This document shows positions 8,860-23,473 of a stretch of DNA of 64,000 nucleotides, piece after piece; the first letter of the stretch is position 1; the number at the start of each line of letters is the position of its first letter. The notes beneath the pieces were generated by a model, which worked only from the letters and a program-made list of their open reading frames with translations, had not been told where the DNA came from and searched no databases. The DNA is taken from positions 12,162 to 76,161 of the forward strand of contig CAWCXQ010000003.1 of assembly GCA_963799675.1 (NCBI GenBank), given 5' to 3'. The translations under genes and the position numbers were made by a program. The stretch is from an uncultured Chloroflexia bacterium (GTDB lineage Bacteria > Chloroflexota > Limnocylindria > QHBO01).

Positions 8860-11800
8860 ATGCTAAGCGCACGAGGTTCCATGCCCGTTGAGCTTCCCGC
8901 CAATGAGGAAGACCGCGCCGCTCGCGCCTTGATCGAGCAGGCCGGGAAAGCGCTGAGCCGACGCCGGCCGGAAATTTCCGCAAGCTTTGTCGCGCAACTC
9001 TATGGCCGCTCGGTTCCCGAGGATCTGGTGCGATACGGCGCCGACGATCTCGCGGCGCTGGCCGAGCATGCATATGAATTCACGGCAACGCGGGAACCGG
9101 GCACGTCAAAGGTTCGTTGCGAAACCGTGCCGCTCACAGCGTCCGGCGAGCGCAAGTCGGTCTCGCTGATCGAAATCGTCAACGACGACATGCCGTTCCT
9201 GGTTGATTCCGTGATGGGGGAAATTGCGGATCGTCGTCTCGACGTCCGTCTGGTTGCGCATCCGATTTTCAGCGTGCGTCGCGACGGCAACAAGCTGACG
9301 GCACTCGATGCCCCCGAGGCTGGAGGGAAGCGCGAGAGTTTGATCAGTATTCATCTCGCGCCGATCGCCGACGCTGCGGTGCGCGAAGAACTCGTGCGCG
9401 CGTTGGAAGTCGTTCTCGGCGAGGTGCGGCTGGCGGTGCAGGACTGGCGTGCCATGCGCGACCGCGTCGGCGGCATCGTGACCGAACTGAAGACCAATCC
9501 GCCGCCGTTGCCTGTTGACGAAATTGCCGAGGCGATCCAGTTCCTGCAATGGCTGCTGGCCGACAATTTCACGTTCCTCGGGGTGCGCGATTACACCGTC
9601 GACGGACAGGCGCTTGAGCCGGAGTTCGACAGTGCGCTCGGCATCATGCGCTCGCGCGAACTGCGCGTGCTCCGGCGCGGCACGGAGCTTCTCGAGTTTA
9701 CGCCGGAAATCATGGCGTTTCTGAAGGAGCCGCGGCCGCTGATCGTTGCCAAGGCCAATATCCATGCCCGCGTGCACCGGCGCGTCTATCTCGATTACAT
9801 CGGCGTGAAGCGTTTTGATGCGTCGGGCAATCTGGTCGGGGAACACCGCATCATCGGATTGTTCACGTCCACCGCCTATACGCGCACCGCGCACAGCATT
9901 CCGTATTTGCGCCGCAAGATCGCCGCGGTGGAGGAGCGCGCCGGATTCGATCCGAGCACGCATTCCGGCAAGGCGCTGGCCAATGTGCTGGAGCACTATC
10001 CGCGCGACGAGCTGTTTCAGATCGACGAAGACACGCTCTACAACTTCGCGCTCGCGATTCTTCAGCTCGACGAGCGGCCGCGCGTGCGCGTGCTGGCCCG
10101 GCGTGACCGCTTCGATCGCTTCGTGTCGGTTCTGGTGTACGTGCCGCGCGAACGATACGACAGCCACATCCGCGTCAAGATCGGTACATACCTCGCACGA
10201 GCATTCATCGGGCGGGTTTCGGCATTCTACCCGTATTTTCCTGATGAAGGCCCGCTGGTGCGCGTGCACTTCATTATCGGCCGCTCAGGCGGCGCAACGC
10301 CCGCGATCGACCGCAGCGTGCTGGAGAACGAAGTCGAGTCAATCATCCGCACGTGGGGCGACGGATTGAACCAGGCGTTGGCGCTGGCCAACTCACCGGA
10401 CAAGGCGCGCGCGCTCTTCGGCCGTTACCGGGACGCATTCTCCGACGGTTTCCGGGAAGCCTATGCGCCGGCGGTTGCCGCCAGTGACATCCGCGTCATT
10501 GAAGGGCTGTCCGAACAGCGGCCGCTCGGTGTCGACTTTCTTCACCGTCTCGAGGAAGACCAGCGGTCGGCCGGCCTGAAGGTGTGGAGTTTCGCGCGCC
10601 CGTTGCCGCTTTCCGAGCGCGTTCCGGTGCTGGAAAACATGGGTTTCCGCGTGGTGGACGAACGGACCTACCACATCGAGCCGCAGGGCAGCGCCGGCGT
10701 CTGGTTCCACGACATGTTGCTTGAGCGCGCCGATGGCGGCGTGATCGCGCTCGACGAGGGCAAGTCACTGCTGGAAACCGCCTTCCTGATGGTGATGAGG
10801 GGTGCGGCCGAGAACGATGGTTACAATGCACTCACGCTGCAGGGCGACCTCGCCTGGCGGGATGTTGCGCTGATCCGCACGCTATCGCGGTTCTTGCGGC
10901 AGATTCGCGTACCTTTTTCGCAGGATTACATGTGGTCGACGCTGGTCAAGCACGCCGGCATTGCTGCCGATATCGTCGACCTGTTCCACGCCCGCTTCGA
11001 TCCGCGCGCGGATGCCGGCCGGAACGAAAAACAGAGCGCGATCGGCGCGCAGATCGAAGAGAAATTGCAGGCGGTTGAAAGTCTGGACGAGGATCGAATC
11101 CTCCGCCGCTTTATCAACGCTGTTCAGTCTGCGATCCGCACAAATTACTACCAGATCGACAAAGACGGTCAGCCGAAGCCGCTGATCTCGATCAAGTTCG
11201 AAAGCCGCAAGCTCACAGACTTGCCGCTGCCGCGGCCGCTCTATGAAATTTTTGTCTATTCGCCGCGCGTGGAAGGCGTGCATATGCGCTTCGGCAAGGT
11301 CGCGCGCGGCGGCATCCGCTGGTCCGACCGTCCGCAGGATTTCCGCACCGAGATTCTTGGGCTGGTAAAGGCGCAGCAGGTCAAGAACGCAGTGATCGTG
11401 CCGGTCGGCGCCAAAGGCGGCTTTGTGCCGAAGCTGATGCCAAAGGGTGCGACACGCGAAATCGTGCAGGCCGAAGGCATCGCGACCTACAAGCTGTTCA
11501 TCTCGTCGCTGCTCGACATAACCGACAACATAGCTCCGGACGGCGCGATTATTCCGCCCGCCGATGTCGTTCGCCACGAAGGCAACGATCCCTATCTGGT
11601 CGTTGCCGCCGACAAAGGCACCGCAACTTTTTCCGATATCGCCAATTCGATTTCGGTCGAACACGACTACTGGCTTGATGATGCCTTCGCATCGGGCGGA
11701 TCGGCCGGCTACGACCACAAAGCGATGGGCATCACCGCGCGCGGCGCGTGGGAATCCGTCAAACGTCATTTCCGCGAGATGGACGTCAATATCGGCACGA

Positions 11801-13690
11801 CGCCGTTCAACGTGGTTGGCGTCGGCGACATGTCGGGCGACGTTTTCGGCAACGGGATGTTGCGCGAGGATACGATCCGGCTGCTGGCCGCGTTCGACCA
11901 TCGCGATATTTTTATCGACCCGGATCCCGATCCGAAAGCGAGCTTTGCCGAGCGCAAGCGCATGTTCGCGCTGCCGCGATCGAGCTGGCAGGACTATGAC
12001 AAAGGACTGATTTCCAAAGGCGGCGGCGTCTACCCGCGCGCGTCAAAGGAAATCCGGTTGAGCGCCGAAGCGCGCAAGCTGTTCGGCGTCGCGGAGGCCG
12101 TGACGCCACAGGAGTTGATGAAGGCCATCCTGAAGGCAAAAGTCGACCTTTTGTTCTTCGGCGGCATCGGAACCTACATTCGCGCGTCGAATGAAGGCGA
12201 TGAGGCGGCAGGCGACCGTGCCAATGATTCAATTCGCATCACCGGCGCAGATCTCAATTGCAAGGTGATCGGCGAGGGCGCCAATCTCGGCATGACCCAG
12301 CGTGGGCGCATCGAGGCGGCCCAGCACGGCATCCGGCTCAACACCGATGCCATCGACAATTCCGCCGGCGTCAATACCTCCGACGTCGAGGTCAACATCA
12401 AGATCGCGCTCAGCGGGCCCGTGCGCTCGGGCGCGCTGGCAGTCGATGCGCGCAATGTGTTCCTCGCGGAAATGACCGATGAAGTCGCGCGGCTGGTTTT
12501 GCGCAACAATTATCAGCAGACGCTGGCGCTCTCGATGGCGCAGCGCCGCGGCCTCGAAGATCTCGGCTTTCAGCAGAGACTGATGCAGACACTTGAAGTG
12601 CGTGGGGAGCTTGATCGCGGCGTGGAGTTTTTGCCGGACGAGATGGCGATTGCCGAGCGGCGCAAGCGCAATGCCGGCCTGACGCGGCCCGAGCTTGCGG
12701 TGTTGCTCGCTTATGCCAAGCTCTCGCTCTACAACGAATTGCTCGACAGCAAGATGCCCGACGATCCCTACCTCGGCCGCGAACTGGGTCGTTATTTTCC
12801 CAAGGAAATGTCGGAGCGTTACGCCGATGCGCTGCATACCCACCGGCTGCGGCGCGAGATCATTGCGACCCAGCTGACGAATTCGATGATCAACCGCGGC
12901 GGCGCCACGTTGATTGTCCGCATTGCGGACCAGACCGGGGCCGCGCCGCCGTGCGATCGCGGCCGCCTTTGCGGCGGTTCGCAACAGCTATGATCTCATT
13001 GGCCTCAATGGCGAAATCGACGCGCTCGACAACAAAATCGCCGGCAAGGTGCAGCTCGATCTTTACACCGCGGTGCAGGACCTGCTGCTCGACCGGCTGG
13101 TCTGGTTCCTGCGCAATGTGGACCTGACCCAGGGTCTCGAGAAGATTATCGGCCATTACCGCGAGGGAATTACGCAGGTCACGGCAGCGCTCGATGGCGC
13201 GCTTTCGAAGTCCGCCGCTGCTGCCCGTGAAACGCGGGGCGGCGAGCTCGCCAAGGCGGGCGTTCCCGAAGCGCTCGCGCGTCAAATGGCGAGCCTGCCG
13301 GTGTTGAAGGCCGCGCCTGACATCGTTCTGGTGGCGGATCGTGCCGGCAAGCCCGTCAATGAGGTGACCGCGACCTATTTCGCAACCGAAGCCTTCTTCC
13401 AGCTGGACCAGGTTGCCAGCGCGGTGCCGACTATCGTGGTGTCGGATTATTTCGACCGGCTGGCACTCGATCGCGCCCTCGACTCCATCGGCGATGCCGA
13501 GCGGCGGCTGACGGCAGCCATGGTCGGAAACGGCCACGCGGGGGCGGGCGCGGTGGAAGAATGGGTTCGCCCAAGACAGGCCGAGGTCGAGCGGATCCGC
13601 TCGGCGATCCACCAGATTGCCGGGTCGGGGCTTACGCTGTCGAAGCTGTCGGTTGCGGCGAGCCTGCTGGGCGATCTGGCAAGGCAGTAG
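8860..13690 (+). pseudogene. large NAD-specific glutamate dehydrogenase (~1610 aa), one frameshift
   Basis: The 1377-aa ORF 8860..12993 continues in ORF 12914..13690 after a shift near 12950. The size and the core GGIRWSDRPQDFRTEILGLVKAQQVKNAVIVPVGAKGGF fit the GdhZ/GdhB-type large GDH family. Confidence 0.9.
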
Positions 13691-13698
13691 TTCGCCCG

Positions 13699-15292
13699 CT
13701 AGTGCCTGAAATGGCGCGTGCCGGTGAACACCATCGCAATATTGTGCTGGTCGGCCGCCTCGATCACTTTCGCATCATTCACCGAACCGCCGGGCTGAAT
13801 CACCGCGGTTGCGCCGGCCTCGATCGCGACCAATAGACCGTCGGGGAACGGGAAGAATGCATCGGACGCCACCACCGAGCCTTTGGTGAGCGGTGCCGGA
13901 AGCTTTGCTTCCTTCGCTGCATCTTCCGCCTTGCGTGCGGCAATGCGCGCTGCATCAATGCGGCTCATCTGTCCTGCGCCGATGCCGACGGTCGCGCGGT
14001 CCTTGGCATAGACGATGGTGTTCGACTTTACGTGCTTGGCGACGCGGAAAGCGAACCGCAAATCAGCGAGCTCGGCTTCGCTCGGCGCGCGTTTCGTGAC
14101 GGTCTTGAGCTGCATGTCGTCCACAACGGCATTGTCGCGCGACTGCACCAGCAGCCCGCCGGCGACGGATTTTACGGTGAGACCCATGGCGCGCGGATCG
14201 GGCAGCCCTCCGGTGATGAGGAGCCGCAGATTCTTCTTCGCGGCCACGATCTTGACGGCTTCATCGGTTGCTTCCGGCGCGATGATCACCTCGGTAAAAA
14301 TCTCGGTGATCGCCCTCGCCGCTTCCGCGTCGAGTTTTTGATTGAGCGCCACGATGCCGCCGAAGGCCGACGTTGAATTGCAGGCTAGCGCCTTGCGATA
14401 GGCATCGACAAGATTTGCGCCTTCGGCCACGCCGCAAGGATTGGCGTGTTTCACGATCACGCAAGCGGCCGTGCGCTTGGGGTCGAATTCGGCGACGCAC
14501 TCGTATGCGGCGTCGGTGTCATTGATGTTGTTGTAGGACAGCTCCTTGCCCTGCAACTGGCGCGCCGATGCAACGCCAAAGCGTTCACCCGGCGCCCGAT
14601 AGAAAGCGGCGCGTCTGGTGCGGGTTCTCGCCATAGCGCAAAGGCTGGATCAATCTGCCGCCGAAGGCGCGATAATCCGGGGCTTCATCGTGCAATGTCC
14701 CGGCAAACCAGTTCGATATGGCCGCGTCGTAGGCGGCGGTGCGCGCATAGGCTTTGGCTGCAAGCCGCTTTCGCAGCTCAAGTGACACCATGCCTTTGTG
14801 CCGCGCCATTTCGTCGAGCACTTTTTCGTAGTCGGTGGGTTCGACCACCACGGTCACGTCGCCGTGGTTTTTGGCAGCGGCGCGAATTATCGCCGGGCCG
14901 CCGATATCGATGTTCTCGACGCAATCGTCGAACGCGGCGCCTTTCGCAACGGTCGCCTCGAACGGATAAAGATTTACCACCAGCAAATCGATCGGCTTGA
15001 TGTGGTGCTGCTCCATCGCGGCGGCGTGCTCTCTGTTGCCGCGGATTGCCAGCAGACCGCCATGCACCTTCGGGTGCAGCGTCTTGACCCTGCCGTCCAT
15101 CATTTCGGGAAAGCCGGTAAGCTGCGAGACGTCAATCACGTCGAGCCCGGCATCGTTCAGGGTCTTGGCCGTCCCGCCGGTCGACACGAGCTCGACGCCG
15201 TAGCCGGCAAGTTGTTTTGCGAAATCGATCAGCCCGGCCTTGTCGGATACCGACAGCAAGGCCCGGGTGATGCGGCGCGGATGGCTGCTCAT
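13699..15292 (-). pseudogene. purH: bifunctional AICAR transformylase / IMP cyclohydrolase, one frameshift
   Basis: ORF 14585..15292 ([21 protein letters not shown]..., MGS-like domain) joins ORF 13699..14634 (..GGIVALN...ends TGTRHFRH). The shift is near 14610, in YGENPHQ/AAFYR. Confidence 0.9.
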
Positions 15293-15373
15293 GATGCACG
15301 AGCTAGCATATCAAGCGGGCCAAAGTGTATTCGCGAATGCGGCTCCCGAGCGGGGCATCCACAAGCATCGATC

Positions 15374-17134
15374 CTAAAGCGGTAATTCCGGCTCATAGGC
15401 CCGGTCGGGACGCGCGCCGGGCGTCGCGGGCGGTGTGTGACGGAAGCTCCAGCGCACCGCAGGCTGGCTGGCCACGTGGCCATAGATCACGATCTGCACC
15501 GTCCGGCGTGGACCGTCGGTCCCCGCAAGATACACGCTTTCCTCGATCTGAACGGCATCGGCCAAGGTTGCAAAGGTCCACAGCTCGCGGTCGCTGAGCA
15601 GCAGGATCACGCCGCGTCCATCGGCCAGCCGGCTTGCCTTGATCGCGGGGTGCAAGTGAAACCGGATGGCGTATTCGTCCCCGGCACGCTCGGACAATGT
15701 GTTGCCGGCCGCCGCCGTGAAGCTGTCTTCGCCATCGAGCGTGCGGCCGTCGGCACTGAGCCGGATCGCCCGGGTATGAATGACGCCGCAATCACCGGCG
15801 TAGCCGTCATGCGAGGCGCGCAACATCACGCCGCCCGCCGGTGTTTCGCGTTCGATCGGCACATGGCGCGGCCCGGCGATGATGGGCATGCCGCCCAGCA
15901 GCCGCCGTGCCGCGTTCGATTCCAGAAAGCGGCAGGACGACCTCTCGTTAAGGGTCACAGTCGAATGTGCAGGCGTCGCCCGCGCCACCTGCCGCCAGTT
16001 TTCCTTGTTCACCGCCGGCAATCCGCAATTGATGACGAGCCGGTGGAGTTTCCATGACAGCTCGAACGACAGGCAGCCGGCATGCGCTTCCTGGCTCAGG
16101 ACCACGGGCGGCGGCCGGCCGGTATCCATCACTAGTGCGGTCTGGCCGGCATCGATGCGCTGGTAGCCGGAATGCGGCGCGTTCGATACCGGCGTGCCAC
16201 GCGCATCATCATAGGCGAGCACGGTGGCCAGCAGGTCGACCGGCGTCGGGCCCATGCCGTTGAATTGCGCGAAATTTCCGTCGCCGTGCCGGAAAAACCG
16301 CAACATCGGCATGATGCGGTCAATGGCATTGTTGAGTGCCTGCGGCGGTTGCAACTGCCGCGCGGAGAACAACTGGCGCAACGGCAGCAGGTCGGCCAGC
16401 AATTCAATCAGCGCGCCAGGATTGCGGCTGACATGCCCACCGTCGGGCAAAATCTGTTTACGCAGTTCTTCGATCAGGCGGCGCACGCTCGTGCGAAGAT
16501 GGCCGGACTGACCCTGCATGCAAAGCGTCGCATAGGTGAGCGCGATCACCGCTTGCAGCCGCGGCAGACCATCGCGTGATTCATTCAGGCTCCGGCGCAG
16601 ATAGCGCACTTGCCGCGACAGGCTGCGGATGAAGCGGCGATAAAACCGCGCGTCGGCGTCCTGCAGGACGAACGGCGCCTGGCTGAGCCAGCAGATGATC
16701 CGCCGCGAGAGAATATCGGGACGCCAGCCGGTTTGGTGCCAGCCGCCCTGCATATTGATCCAGTCGTCGATCAACGAGCGGGCATTGGCACGCGTGATCG
16801 CGGAATCGGCGGCGCGCAGGTGGCGCAGCCAGACGAAGCCAAGCAACGTCACGGCCCACTCTTCGGATGGCGGAGTCATTTCGAAGGGCGACCGGCGGTC
16901 GCAGATCACGACTTTGCCGGCGAAAGCAAAGCGTCCGGCATAGATTTCGCTGGCGCGCGTGGCGTCCGCGGTGCGCAAGTCCTGCGGTGCGATGACCAGA
17001 CGGTCGGTCTTGGTCGCGCCGAATTGCCAGCGCAGCAGCGGATGCACCTTGAGACGGCCAAGGAGGCTACGTAATGCGCGGCGCCCGATGAGCACGGAGA
17101 GCCTGGCTCGCTCCGCGACCGAAACCCGCATCAT
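15374..17134 (-). CDS. heparinase II/III-like family protein
   Basis: The intact ORF 15374..17221 is 615 aa long. The likely start is MMRVSVAERARL at 17134, because rsmB ends at 17235. The call rests on recollection of heparinase II/III-like proteins found between purH and rsmB in Rhizobiales. No catalytic motif was verified. Confidence 0.55.
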   Translation of the reverse strand: MMRVSVAERARLSVLIGRRALRSLLGRLKVHPLLRWQFGATKTDRLVIAPQDLRTADATRASEIYAGRFAFAGKVVICDRRSPFEMTPPSEEWAVTLLGFVWLRHLRAADSAITRANARSLIDDWINMQGGWHQTGWRPDILSRRIICWLSQAPFVLQDADARFYRRFIRSLSRQVRYLRRSLNESRDGLPRLQAVIALTYATLCMQGQSGHLRTSVRRLIEELRKQILPDGGHVSRNPGALIELLADLLPLRQLFSARQLQPPQALNNAIDRIMPMLRFFRHGDGNFAQFNGMGPTPVDLLATVLAYDDARGTPVSNAPHSGYQRIDAGQTALVMDTGRPPPVVLSQEAHAGCLSFELSWKLHRLVINCGLPAVNKENWRQVARATPAHSTVTLNERSSCRFLESNAARRLLGGMPIIAGPRHVPIERETPAGGVMLRASHDGYAGDCGVIHTRAIRLSADGRTLDGEDSFTAAAGNTLSERAGDEYAIRFHLHPAIKASRLADGRGVILLLSDRELWTFATLADAVQIEESVYLAGTDGPRRTVQIVIYGHVASQPAVRWSFRHTPPATPGARPDRAYEPELPL

Positions 17135-17234
17135 CAAATCGCTCGTCCCCTGTCGCGCGTCCCCATCCATACGCGCTGGCCACACGATAGCGAAGGGTCG
17201 GGGAAGCGGCCAATATGCCAATCCTGACCGTGGA

Positions 17235-18573
17235 TTAGGCCATTTTTCGGGTCAGCCGGGCCGCATAAAAGCCATCCAGGCCGCCCCAGCGCGCGATCCG
17301 AATCAGGAAGATGAAACGGCAATGTCCGCAGGTCGCCGTCCGCGGTCACGAATTCGGAGTGACCAAACACATCCTGCGGCGAAATCGGGTTGCGTTCGAC
17401 GCGCGGGTCGCGGGCCAGCAAGGCCGCGATCTGGTCTTCGCCCTCTTCGGGCTCGAGTGAGCAGACGCAATAGATGCATGTGGCCCCCGGCTTGAGCAAA
17501 TCGATCGTCCGATCGAGGAGCCGCTGCTGCATTGACGTGAGCACGGGAATGTCGGCTTCGTTCTTGAGCCAGGGAATGTCCGGGTGGCGGCGGATCGTGC
17601 CAGTGGAGGAGCACGGTGCATCGAGCAGCACCGCATCGAACGGTCCTGCCTGCCATTCCATGGCGTCGGCGGCGACGGTCTCGACTTCGAGGGCAAGCCG
17701 CGCAAGATTCTCGCGCAGACGGTTGAGGCGCGCGGGCGACCGGTCGACGGCGGTCACGCGGGCGCCGGCGTGTGCAAGCTGTGCCGTTTTGCCGCCGGGT
17801 GCCGCGCACAAGTCGGCAATCGCCTTGCCCCGCACATCGCCCAACAATCGCGCCGGCAAAGCCGCGGCGGCGTCCTGCACCCACCAGGCGCCCTCTGAAA
17901 ATCCCGGCAGCAGCGAAATCGCGCCATGCGCCAATGTGCGCACGGTTCCGGTCGGCAGCACGCGGCCGCGCAGCCGCTCGGCCCAGGACTCGGCATCGCC
18001 TTTTACCGTGAGGTCGAGCGCGGGTTCATGGCCGTTGGCTGCCGCGATCGCACGCGCGGTCTTCGACCCATAGGTCTTGCTCCAGCGCTCGATCAGCCAT
18101 TGCGGCGTGTCGCGCGAGACATCGCCGGCTTGCGCAGCTGAGGCCTGCGTGACGCGGCGCAACACGGCATTGACGAGGCCGGCATAACGTCCGGCACGCC
18201 GGTCGGCTTGCGCCAGCCGCACCGACAGATCGACCGCGGCATGGTCGGGGACTTCAAGCCACAGAATTTGCGCGGCACCCAGCAGCAGGATGGTTTCGGC
18301 ACGCGGCGCATCAGAGGGAAATCCTTTTTCGAGAAATCCGCCGACCATATGACGCAAGGTGCCGAGGCGCCGCAGCACAGTGGCGACCAGCCGGCGCGTC
18401 AGCGCACGGTCGCGGTCAGCCAGCGCGGGAAGGCCGGGATGGGCGTTTTTGCCGGACAGGAGATCGTCGAGCGCAATTCGCCGCCGCAGAACGCCGTCGA
18501 GAATATCGGCGGCGATTCTTCGAGCGGCGAGGCCGGGAACTTCCGGCTGGGGGGAAGTGCGCGGACGCGCCAT
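17235..18573 (-). pseudogene. rsmB: 16S rRNA (cytosine967-C5)-methyltransferase RsmB/Sun family, frameshift near the 3' end
   Basis: ORF 17134..18591 carries SAM-MTase motifs DLCAAPGGKTAQL and LLDAPCSSTGTIRRHPD. The native-looking tail WGGLDGFYAARLTRKMA-stop (17235) appears only after a shift near 17290. The start is taken at MARPRTS (18573). Confidence 0.85.
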
Positions 18574-18734
18574 ACCCGGATAGTTGCCCATAAATTGTGT
18601 CCAGGTCGCGAAGTTCAGGAAAAAACTTCAGCAGCACACAGCTTTAGCTGGACCGGATCACAGCGCTGATTGCGGCGCTCAACAGTGCAACGAAAGATTG
18701 TACAGGCAGGAAATGCGATATGGCGCGTGCGCGA

Positions 18735-19251
18735 CTACTGCTCGACGACGACCGGCGTGCCGATGCTGACCAGGCGATAGAGTTCACGGATATCGCTGTT
18801 GTACATGCGGATGCAGCCATGGGAGACGAAACCGCCGATGGAAGACGGCCGGTTGGTCCCGTGGATGGCATATTCGCCGCCGCGCAATGTCAGCGCGGCA
18901 TCGCCCATCGGGTTGTTGGCGGCACCGCCGGGAATCACCTCGGGCAAATTCGGGTTTTCACGGCGAATCATGTCGGGTGGCGACCAGGCCGGGCGTACGA
19001 ATTTGCCTTCGACGCGCGCGCTGCCGGTCCAACGTCATGCCGGCGCGGCCGACGCCGACCGGAAAACGCAATGCGCGGTCGCCATCGATGACAAAATACA
19101 GCCGGCGTTCGCTGGTCTTCACAACAATCGTGCCGGGCGCGAAACCGGAAAAAGCGACGACATTGCGTGTGGCGGCGCGCGCGCCATGCGGCCAGGCAAT
19201 GGCCGCCGCAATGATCATAAAGAGCGCGGTACGCCGCAGCAGCGGATTCAT
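18735..19251 (-). pseudogene. L,D-transpeptidase (YkuD domain), one extra base
   Basis: The signal peptide is MNPLLRRTALFMIIAAAIAWPHGARA. The YkuD catalytic region is HGTNRPSSIGGFVSHGCIRM. The two ORFs (18958..19560 and 18735..18971) join as ..RAGMTWTGSARVEGKFVRPAWSPPPDMIRREN.. if one base near 19031 is removed. Confidence 0.85.
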
Positions 19252-19330
19252 GATGTCTGGCCCCGAGGCGATAAGTCGCCGCAATATTAAGGCGCTGCGG
19301 GGCAGGTGCGGGCGAAAGCTCGAAACAGCG

Positions 19331-19363
19331 TAAATTAAGAATAAGAGGCCGCTTGCCGGCCTC
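19331..19363 (-). terminator. rho-independent terminator downstream of acs
   Basis: The hairpin is GAGGCCG-ctugc-CGGCCTC (19345-19363). On the minus strand it is followed by TTATTCTTAATTT. Confidence 0.55.
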
Positions 19364-19384
19364 CAATTCGAAACGCCAGGAAGC

Positions 19385-21346
<1,962 letters not shown>

Positions 21347-21477
21347 TGGCTTCCTCCCGTCCCCGCTTGACCCCGCGGGTGACTTCATTTGCCGGTCATT
21401 ATGCGACGGCGCTTTGATTTGCGACAAGGCGGACGCCCTGCCACTTTGGTCGCGGATTTGGCCGGTTTTGCCGGCAG

Positions 21478-21909
21478 TTAGGCGCCAAACCAGCCCAGGA
21501 TCGCGCCGATAATGACCAGCACGCCGAGCCAATGGCCGGCGTCGATTGCGGTCAGCGTGAGCTTGCGGAACGTGTAGGCGTTATTGACCGCAACCGTGGT
21601 CAGCACGAAGCCGAGCCAGCACATGAAGCCGGAAAATATGCCGGCGATGATCGTGTAGATGCCGACGTGGAACATGATGCCGGAGAGCGCCGCCGCCATC
21701 ACGATTTCGGCGATAAAGGACAGCACGAAAGGCGTGACTTTGACTGCGGTGGACTTGCCGGCGTTTTCCGCCTTGCACTGCTCGATGGTCTTGCCCTGCG
21801 CCGCCATCCACTTCGGCCCGAGCATGCCGTAATAAACCGCGCCGAAAAACCAGGCCGCGATCGCGGAGAGGATGATCGGCAGGGCGTGCAAATTTTGTAG
21901 TTGTGCCAT
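21478..21909 (-). CDS. DUF1761-family membrane protein
   Basis: 143 aa from [39 protein letters not shown]. It has four hydrophobic segments. Confidence 0.6.
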   Translation of the reverse strand: MAQLQNLHALPIILSAIAAWFFGAVYYGMLGPKWMAAQGKTIEQCKAENAGKSTAVKVTPFVLSFIAEIVMAAALSGIMFHVGIYTIIAGIFSGFMCWLGFVLTTVAVNNAYTFRKLTLTAIDAGHWLGVLVIIGAILGWFGA

Positions 21910-21929
21910 GTGCGCTACTCCAATCGGCC

Positions 21930-22347
21930 TTACAGGCCACCCATCTTGCAAACGGTCTTCCATTCGTCGGCGGTCACCGGCTGCACCGACAGCCGCGTGT
22001 TGTTGATCAACACCATTGCCTTCAGCTTCGGCTCGGTCTTGATCGCATCGATCGATACCGGCTTCGGCATCGGCTCAAGCGCTTTGACATCGACAACGAC
22101 CCATGGCTCGCCGGCCTTGGCGGTCGGATCCGGATGCGCCTCGCGGATGATCTCGATGATGCCGACGATGTCCTTGCCAATATTGGAATGATAGAAGAAG
22201 GCGCGATCGCCTTTCTTCATCTTCATCAGGTTCAGCTTGGCCTGGTGATTGCGCACGCCCGACCAGGCCTCGCCCTTGGCTGCCCTTCGCGACCTGCTGA
22301 TCCCACGACCAGCTGCCGGGCTCGGATTTCATCAGCCAATACGCCAT
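21930..22347 (-). pseudogene. EVE (PUA-like) domain protein, one frameshift
   Basis: MAYWLMKSEPGSWSWDQQVAKG (ORF 22075..22347) joins ..RNHQAKLNLMKMKKGDRAFFYHSNIGKDIVGIIEI... (ORF 21930..22256). The shift is near 22275. Confidence 0.8.
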
Positions 22348-22370
22348 CGTTTACTCCAACCTTTCTGCTT

Positions 22371-22458
22371 GTCATCACCGGGCTTGTCCCGGTGATCTCG
22401 CTTAGGCGGGCACCGTGCTTCCCTAAGCGGGATGGCCGGGACAAGCCGGCCATGACAG
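22371..22458. repeat. MITE-like element with ~20-bp imperfect terminal inverted repeats
   Basis: The left end is gtcatcaccgggcttgtcccgg. The reverse complement of the right end is gtcatggccggcttgtcccgg. Internal hairpins are at 22374-22396, 22400-22428 and 22432-22453. The spurious translation VITGLVPVISL is typical of a dispersed alphaproteobacterial repeat. Confidence 0.6.
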
Positions 22459-22464
22459 ATAGAG

Positions 22465-23451
22465 CTACGCCTCCGATTTCAGCGGGCGGGTGAGCAGCGA
22501 TTCGATCGCTGCATCGACGCTCATTTTTCCCGACAGCATCGCCGCGACGGCGCTCGAAATCGGCATCTCGACATTCTTGGCGCGCGCCATCTCGAGCAGC
22601 ACCGGCGCCGTAAAGATGCCTTCCGCCAGTTTGCCATGCGCGGCGGTGTCCGGTTTCTCGCCTTTGCCTAACGCCACGCCGCACGAGAAGTTGCGCGACT
22701 GCGGCGTCGAACACGTCAGGATGAGATCGCCGAGGCCCGACAGTCCCATCATGGTTTCCGTTTTGGCGCCGCAGGCTTTGCCGAACCGCACCAGCTCGGC
22801 AAAGCCGCGCGTGGTCAGGGCCGCCGATGCGCTGGCGCCGAGCCCTCGACCAGTGACGATACCGGCCGCGATCGCGAGCACATTCTTGATCGCGCCGCCG
22901 ATTTCAACGCCGCGCACATCATTCGAATGATAGGGGCGGAACGTACCGGCATTGAGAGCGTGCGCCAGATCCGCCGCGGTCGTCGCATCGGTTGCCGCGA
23001 TGGTGACGGCGGTCGGCAGTCCGCGCGCCACATCGGCGGCGAAGCTCGGTCCCGATAAAATCGCCGGCACGGCCTTGGGCGCGCACTCGGCGATAATCTC
23101 CGTCATGAACTTGTGGGTGCCGTGTTCGATGCCCTTGGCGCAGGCAATCAACGGTGTGCGTGCGGCGATGGCCGGAGCCAGCAATTTTGCGACCGAACGC
23201 ACGGCTTGCGCCGGCACGACAAGAAGAATGGCTTCGCTCGCTGCCGCCTCGGCAATATCGCGCGTCACGCTGATGGCATTGTCGAGCCGCACGCCCGGCA
23301 GAAATTTGCTTTCGCGTTTTTGTTCGAGATTGGCGGCGTTGCCCGGCTCGTGTTCCCACAGCGTGACCTGGCGCCCGGCGCGCGCGCAGGTCAGCGCCAG
23401 GGCTGTTCCCCAGGCGCCGCCGCCAAGCACCGCGATCCGTTGGATTGTCAT
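22465..23451 (-). CDS. gpsA: NAD(P)H-dependent glycerol-3-phosphate dehydrogenase
   Basis: Intact, 328 aa from [19 protein letters not shown] (GxGxxG). Confidence 0.9.
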   Translation of the reverse strand: MTIQRIAVLGGGAWGTALALTCARAGRQVTLWEHEPGNAANLEQKRESKFLPGVRLDNAISVTRDIAEAAASEAILLVVPAQAVRSVAKLLAPAIAARTPLIACAKGIEHGTHKFMTEIIAECAPKAVPAILSGPSFAADVARGLPTAVTIAATDATTAADLAHALNAGTFRPYHSNDVRGVEIGGAIKNVLAIAAGIVTGRGLGASASAALTTRGFAELVRFGKACGAKTETMMGLSGLGDLILTCSTPQSRNFSCGVALGKGEKPDTAAHGKLAEGIFTAPVLLEMARAKNVEMPISSAVAAMLSGKMSVDAAIESLLTRPLKSEA

Positions 23452-23473
23452 GTCCCCTGATCCGCTACCCGGC

